Below, one piece after another: positions 58,873 through 64,000 of a stretch of 64,000 bases of DNA; positions within the stretch are counted from its first letter, which is position 1, and every line of letters begins with the position of its first letter. The stretch lies in NCBI RefSeq assembly GCF_009914755.1, contig NC_060929.1; one strand, 5' to 3'. The position numbers and the translations under genes are program-made. Below the pieces are notes generated by a model that saw nothing but the letters and a program-made list of their open reading frames with translations, did no database searches and had not been told where the DNA came from. The stretch is from the human T2T-CHM13v2.0 reference genome, Homo sapiens.

Positions 58873-60039
58873 TCAAGCTTGAACTTTGAAAGGGATAATG
58901 TGGAGTTGCATATCTGGTGTCAAAAAAAAAAAAAATGAAGTTCATTGCATAAAGCAGAGTGCATTAGACAATTTGTGATGACAGCTTTCCCTCCTGTTTG
59001 TAGGGAGCAAACATTACAATATCACATGAAAGGTAGAAGACTGACCCCAAAGGCACCAGTGTTCAAATACATGTAAACGTGGCACTTAATCCTCTTTTTT
59101 TCTGCCAAAATTGACTTGTTTGGAATACATGTGTATTTTCAGGTTGAGTAGTTTAAATTGTGTTTTCAGAAGCTGTTGCTGTAACCTCTGCAGTTAGTTG
59201 TTTATGGAGTAGCTACACACTTGGAAGAATCTTATTCCAGATGTGGAAATACCATATCCATAACAAACCAGAGAATTTTCAGAGAAATCTTCAGCAGCTG
59301 AAGTCCATAATAAGGTATCTGCAGAAAATCATTTTCAAAAGATACCATTTTATTTTACAGTATTTAGTAGATAAACAAAATGGGAAGTCTTGACACCCAC
59401 AGAGTACATAAAATACCAGGTAGTTGGTCCCAATTTGTCTTATAGCTGTACTTCAAGGTGCCTTAATTTGTCATTTTCAATTGTATTTAAACTATACTGC
59501 CACAACCTTTTAACTTATATTATTCTTACTCAATAACCAGAGGGAAACTGTATGTTGGTATCGCTAATCGCATTTAGCCAATCAAACAAACAAAAAATCC
59601 TTCCAAAGACTAGTGAAGTTTTATTAGTCTGCTATGCTGGCAGAAGAAAAACTGGAATGCAAAGTCTATGTTCATTTCCAGGTAACTTTCTACTGCTGCT
59701 CCGCTGTCTTAGAAATTATTTTTGAGAGATATTTGGGTGAAATGTCTACAAAACCTTTAAAATCTATTATGTTAATTGCTTGTCTTGATTTTCTCATGGA
59801 ATATGCTTAGAATTGTCTATAATTAAATATATGAGAATACTTTTGTATATTTTTATATTTTACTTATTTCCCCCAGGATTATTCTCTTTGAGAGCATGAA
59901 CTTATTCAATAAAAAGTCCATCCATCTCAACATTAAACGCTAATTATTCTGTGCATCTTCAGCAAACAAAATATAATGCATGATACTAATGTAAGGGATA
60001 CTGGTTGTTAGTATGAGAATAAATAATATCCCAGATAAG

Positions 60040-60190
60040 TAACAATAACAACAGTGTCTACTGAGTGCTAATAATGTGCCAGAATACTTCTGTGTGACAT
60101 ATATATATTAACTCTTTACATTCTTAAAAAAATATAATTAGAGCGATCCTATTGGTATCCATCCTCTAGAATTGAGAAATCAGAGTCCGG
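60040..60190 (-). mobile_element. MIR fragment
   Basis: tactgagtgctaataatgtgccag...tatccatcctctagaattgagaaatcagag. Confidence 0.6.
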
Positions 60191-60344
60191 ATAAAAACAT
60201 AAGCCATCTGCCCCTTGCTCTTATCTTGACCTTCATACTTACCTGCATGTTTTGTCCACCTCCCAAATCTGCTTCTCTCCAATTTGCCTTGCAAGTGGAT
60301 TGAAGCAAGACTTGTCTGCATCTCTATAAAAATTAGCAATTTCT

Positions 60345-60648
<304 letters not shown>

Positions 60649-61998
60649 TTGCAGTTTCTTTTTACTTACATCCAAATGTATCATATTTGCTGTCATTTGG
60701 CTATATCACTCTAGGCTCCTAGACTTTATTTATATTTGCAGCCCTAGCCCATGCTTGGGAAAGAGCATACTCAATTAAATGTGATTGAACCATAAATGAT
60801 AATACGAATGATCAAATTTTATAGAAAATCTTCTAGGTCTGAGCATCATATAGATACCATGAAAGCAGCATTTAACAAAATATATCAAAATTTCACATGG
60901 CCATGGAGATTATATTTGTTACTAAGGACTTAGATATATTAATATGGTCCTGAAAGATGAAATTTTATCTCAAGTTATTTTAGTTTTCTGGTATTTGAGG
61001 TTTAAAGTAGACTATACTCTTTTCATAATGATGTATATGTCAGTGCATTTCATTCTCAAAAAGCCTAAACTTAGATCTAAGCTTGTCAAAGTAGTTCAAA
61101 ATAAATCTTGCTTCATACTGTTTAATTATGTTCAGTCATTTCTGCTTTTAATTTACACTGTTTATCAGGTATAAAACAAAGTTATTCTGCTATCCTTACT
61201 TGCTTTCTCTGTCTGTCAGTGTTCTGTCTCCACTCTAAATATCTAATCCTTCATGATTTCAGTTTAGTATAGACTGATATAGTTAAAAAAATAATATTCC
61301 TCTGCATGATCAAAGCCATTTGAAAGAAGACCAGGAATCATAAATTGTTGTCCAGCTCAGTCTTGTAGTTTATTTAGCAGAATTAATTTTACCACTGAGA
61401 AGGAAACCAAATGATTTATTGAAAAATTATATGGGCATCTTCTGAATAATCTCAATGTACTTTTGTGGTTCAACTCATCACAAATCCCTCTACAATTAAA
61501 AAATAATAAGACTTCTCTATTTTAAGAAGCTTACTGGAAGTCACAGGCGTTTAAGACGATGGCACAATACAATATGTTGAACATTAGTATAAGATTATTA
61601 CAGATAATTCCACAGGTATGCAATTCCTTTAATACAGACACACATATGAGAGACATCAGTACCAATTAGAGAGATGACTGGGAGAAAAGGAGAAGAGAGT
61701 GGTATTAATGAGAAAGAACAGGAAAATTAAGTATATTAGAAAAGAAATGATGTGGTGAGTTTAAATTTCTCTATCTAGGTAGAGAAATCTAGGAGTTGGA
61801 AAACATGTCGGAATCTAAAGGATTGTTTTACCCAGAAAATATATTCGGAAATGTAATTGACATCAACAATGAATTACAAGGGAAACAGGCAAATTGAATG
61901 AAACAACCAGTTAATGGCTAGAAAAGGGAATGCTAGGGAACCCTAGTATTTAAGAAACATGAAGAGGAATGCTTGAAAATGTCTAAGAAGAAAAAGTC

Positions 61999-62320
61999 AG
62001 CCAAGCGAAGTGGCTCACTCCTGTAATCCCAGCACTTTGGGGGGCCGAGGCCAGCGGATCACAAGGTCAGGAGTTTGAGACCAGCCTGACCAACATGGTG
62101 AAACCCCGTCTCTACTAAAAATACAAAAATTGGCCAGGCATGGTGGCGCATGTCTGTAATCCCTGCTACTCAGGAGGCTGAGGCAGGAGAACCGCTTGAA
62201 CCTGGTAGGCGGAGGTTGCAGGGAGCTGAGATCGCACCACTGCACTCCAACCTGGGCGAGAGAGCAAGACTCCATATCAAAAAAAAAAAAAAAAAAAAAA
62301 GAAAAGAAAGAAAAGAAAAG
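61999..62320 (+). mobile_element. Alu (AluSg-like)
   Basis: ggatcacaaggtcaggagtttgagaccagcctgacc; A/GAAA tail; aagtcag on both flanks. Confidence 0.93.
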
Positions 62321-63884
62321 ACGAAGTCAGAACAGTCTTGAAATTATTTCATGGGCAGAAAGTTTCCAAATTATTAAAGAACTGAAAAGTTAAAAGTTTT
62401 GCAGATGTCAGACCATTTATATAAGAATTTTTACAAACAAGAAATAATTTGTGGTCATTTGGTAATAAACAAGTATTTCCTGCTCAAAAAAAAAAAAAAA
62501 AAGGAATTGAAAAGTTTTGGGGATTAAAATGAGAACTTTCTTAAGAATTTTGGAAATAAAAACAATTAAGTAGATTATCTTAATAGGGTTATTTCATGCA
62601 TTATTTTATATGGTTATGTCAACAGAATTTTAGTCCAATTTTATTCTACTAATTTAAGGAGAAAATTGAAAAAGACAGAATGTAAACATAAACTACTCTC
62701 TCAAAACAAAGGATGGGAAGAAAGAAAGGATGATAATTGATCATTGTCAGTTTATTTACTTGGCAATAATAACCTATATTTTTATGCGTATTGTTTCTCT
62801 TGAATGCAGTATCTTAAAGTTTCCTCCTTAATTTAAATTTTCCACTATAAAGGCCATTCACAGAGACTCTACACTTCTTTTCTTCCAAGGAGACTCGATA
62901 TTTCCATGTTTGTCTTCATTGTAGAATGTGTTTTTCTCATGTAATCCCTCTTTCAGAGGTTTTTCAATATAAAAATCAAATGAGCTCCCAGTGTAATCCT
63001 TGGTGAACATGTAGGTAAATTCTTCCATTTAAAACAGCAGGCAACAAAATCGATTACATTACATTTAAATTCCTGTATATATTATCTGATTTCCTATTTC
63101 ATATCCCTAGATGTGAAAATGTATAATATATAAATCTAAAATATAGAAGTTGCAAATGTATAAATGTAATGTTAAATAATAAGCAAAATGTTATCTAAAA
63201 ACTGAAGAAATTCCCTTTAAATTTCCTGCCCAAAATATCCTATTTGATAAATTTCCTAGTTAGGAATTGAACTGAATTATTCTTCTTTTAAATATTGTAG
63301 TTTTCCTACATAACATTTAGATGATTGTCTTTCATTTCTGAATTATATTTCTTAATCTTTAAAATATATTTTGTTTAAAAAATAATTAATTTTCCATATC
63401 CAATTTATATTCCATTTTTCAGAGAAAAGGAAAAGTTTGAAAAGTGTCAGGATATCAAGTTATAGCAAAAATTTAATGTATTAATAATTTTGGCTTTGCC
63501 GTTCTTACACTGTTTCTCTTATTTTTTTAAAAACCACCCATTGTTTCCTGCCCCGATGAGGCAGTAGCTCTATTTCATCTAGAAATGAAGAGAGGAATTC
63601 TGAAATTTTAAAGATTTTGTGTTTTCTAAAAGTCAAATGGATGCAATTAAAAACCACTTGGGTGCTTAGTTTATAATATCTCTGATCTTTTCAGTCCTTA
63701 GTTTTTAAAGACTGAATATTATGCATGCTGGGGTGATGGTCATGGATTTTTTTTTTTAAACCACAAACCAAACAGGTCAGATCTTTTTAGGCTTTCAAAC
63801 TTTTTCTGCACCTATTTATTATTTCTACATTGCATCTTATTTTATTTTTTTCTGTAAGTTACAAAAGAAAGTCTTTGAAAAATT

Positions 63885-64000
63885 GAAGGGTGAGAGCCGG
63901 GGTGAGGGATAAAAGACTGCATGTTGGATACAGTGTTTGCTGCTCAGATGACAGGTACAATAAAATCTCAGATATCACCACTTAGAAACTTATCCATGTA
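63885..64000 (+). mobile_element. L1PB/L1MA 3'UTR fragment running off the window
   Basis: ggggtgagggataaaagactgcatgttggatacagtg...aaaatctcagatatcaccact. Confidence 0.85.

Noticed and set aside
59241-59314. Possible spliced exon (ttattccag|...taag|gtatct) in non-repeat DNA
   Set aside because: Splice-like motifs are common by chance; the pyrimidine tract is weak and there is no recognisable coding content or transcript evidence.
62486-62502. Isolated poly(A) run as a solo-tail retro-insertion (similar runs near 52595 and 58922)
   Set aside because: I found no flanking target-site duplication.

Overview
AT-rich, repeat-dense primate nuclear DNA, very likely human: a near-consensus AluYa5 sits at 42254-42560. 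It looks intergenic or deep-intronic. I find no supportable host protein-coding exon, RNA gene or CRISPR array. Every long ORF in the track is a broken L1 ORF1/ORF2 piece or a chance frame across an Alu, LTR or AT-rich DNA. Content: a three-layer L1 nest (4.1-23.9 kb) holding a full-length L1PA6/7-like element, a complete THE1D provirus, an eroded ERVL gag/pol remnant, solo MaLR/ERV LTRs, about 10 Alus, MIR/L2 relics and two DNA-transposon fossils. I see no evidence for a new gene system. The unusual signals are small footprints of insertion and DNA repair: (1) a 75-bp mitochondrial ND5 fragment inside an L1; (2) a 44-bp insertion made only of a poly(A) tail plus the inverted first 34 nt of an L1, with a perfect 14-bp TSD; (3) a one-sided Alu-to-Alu templated copy from about 11.7 kb away; (4) an inverted self-copy inside an L1; (5) a 16-nt + A10 orphan retro-insertion; (6) a degenerate monomer array in an old L1 5'UTR. 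Subfamily names come from remembered consensus sequences, not alignments. Boundaries of old repeats are approximate.
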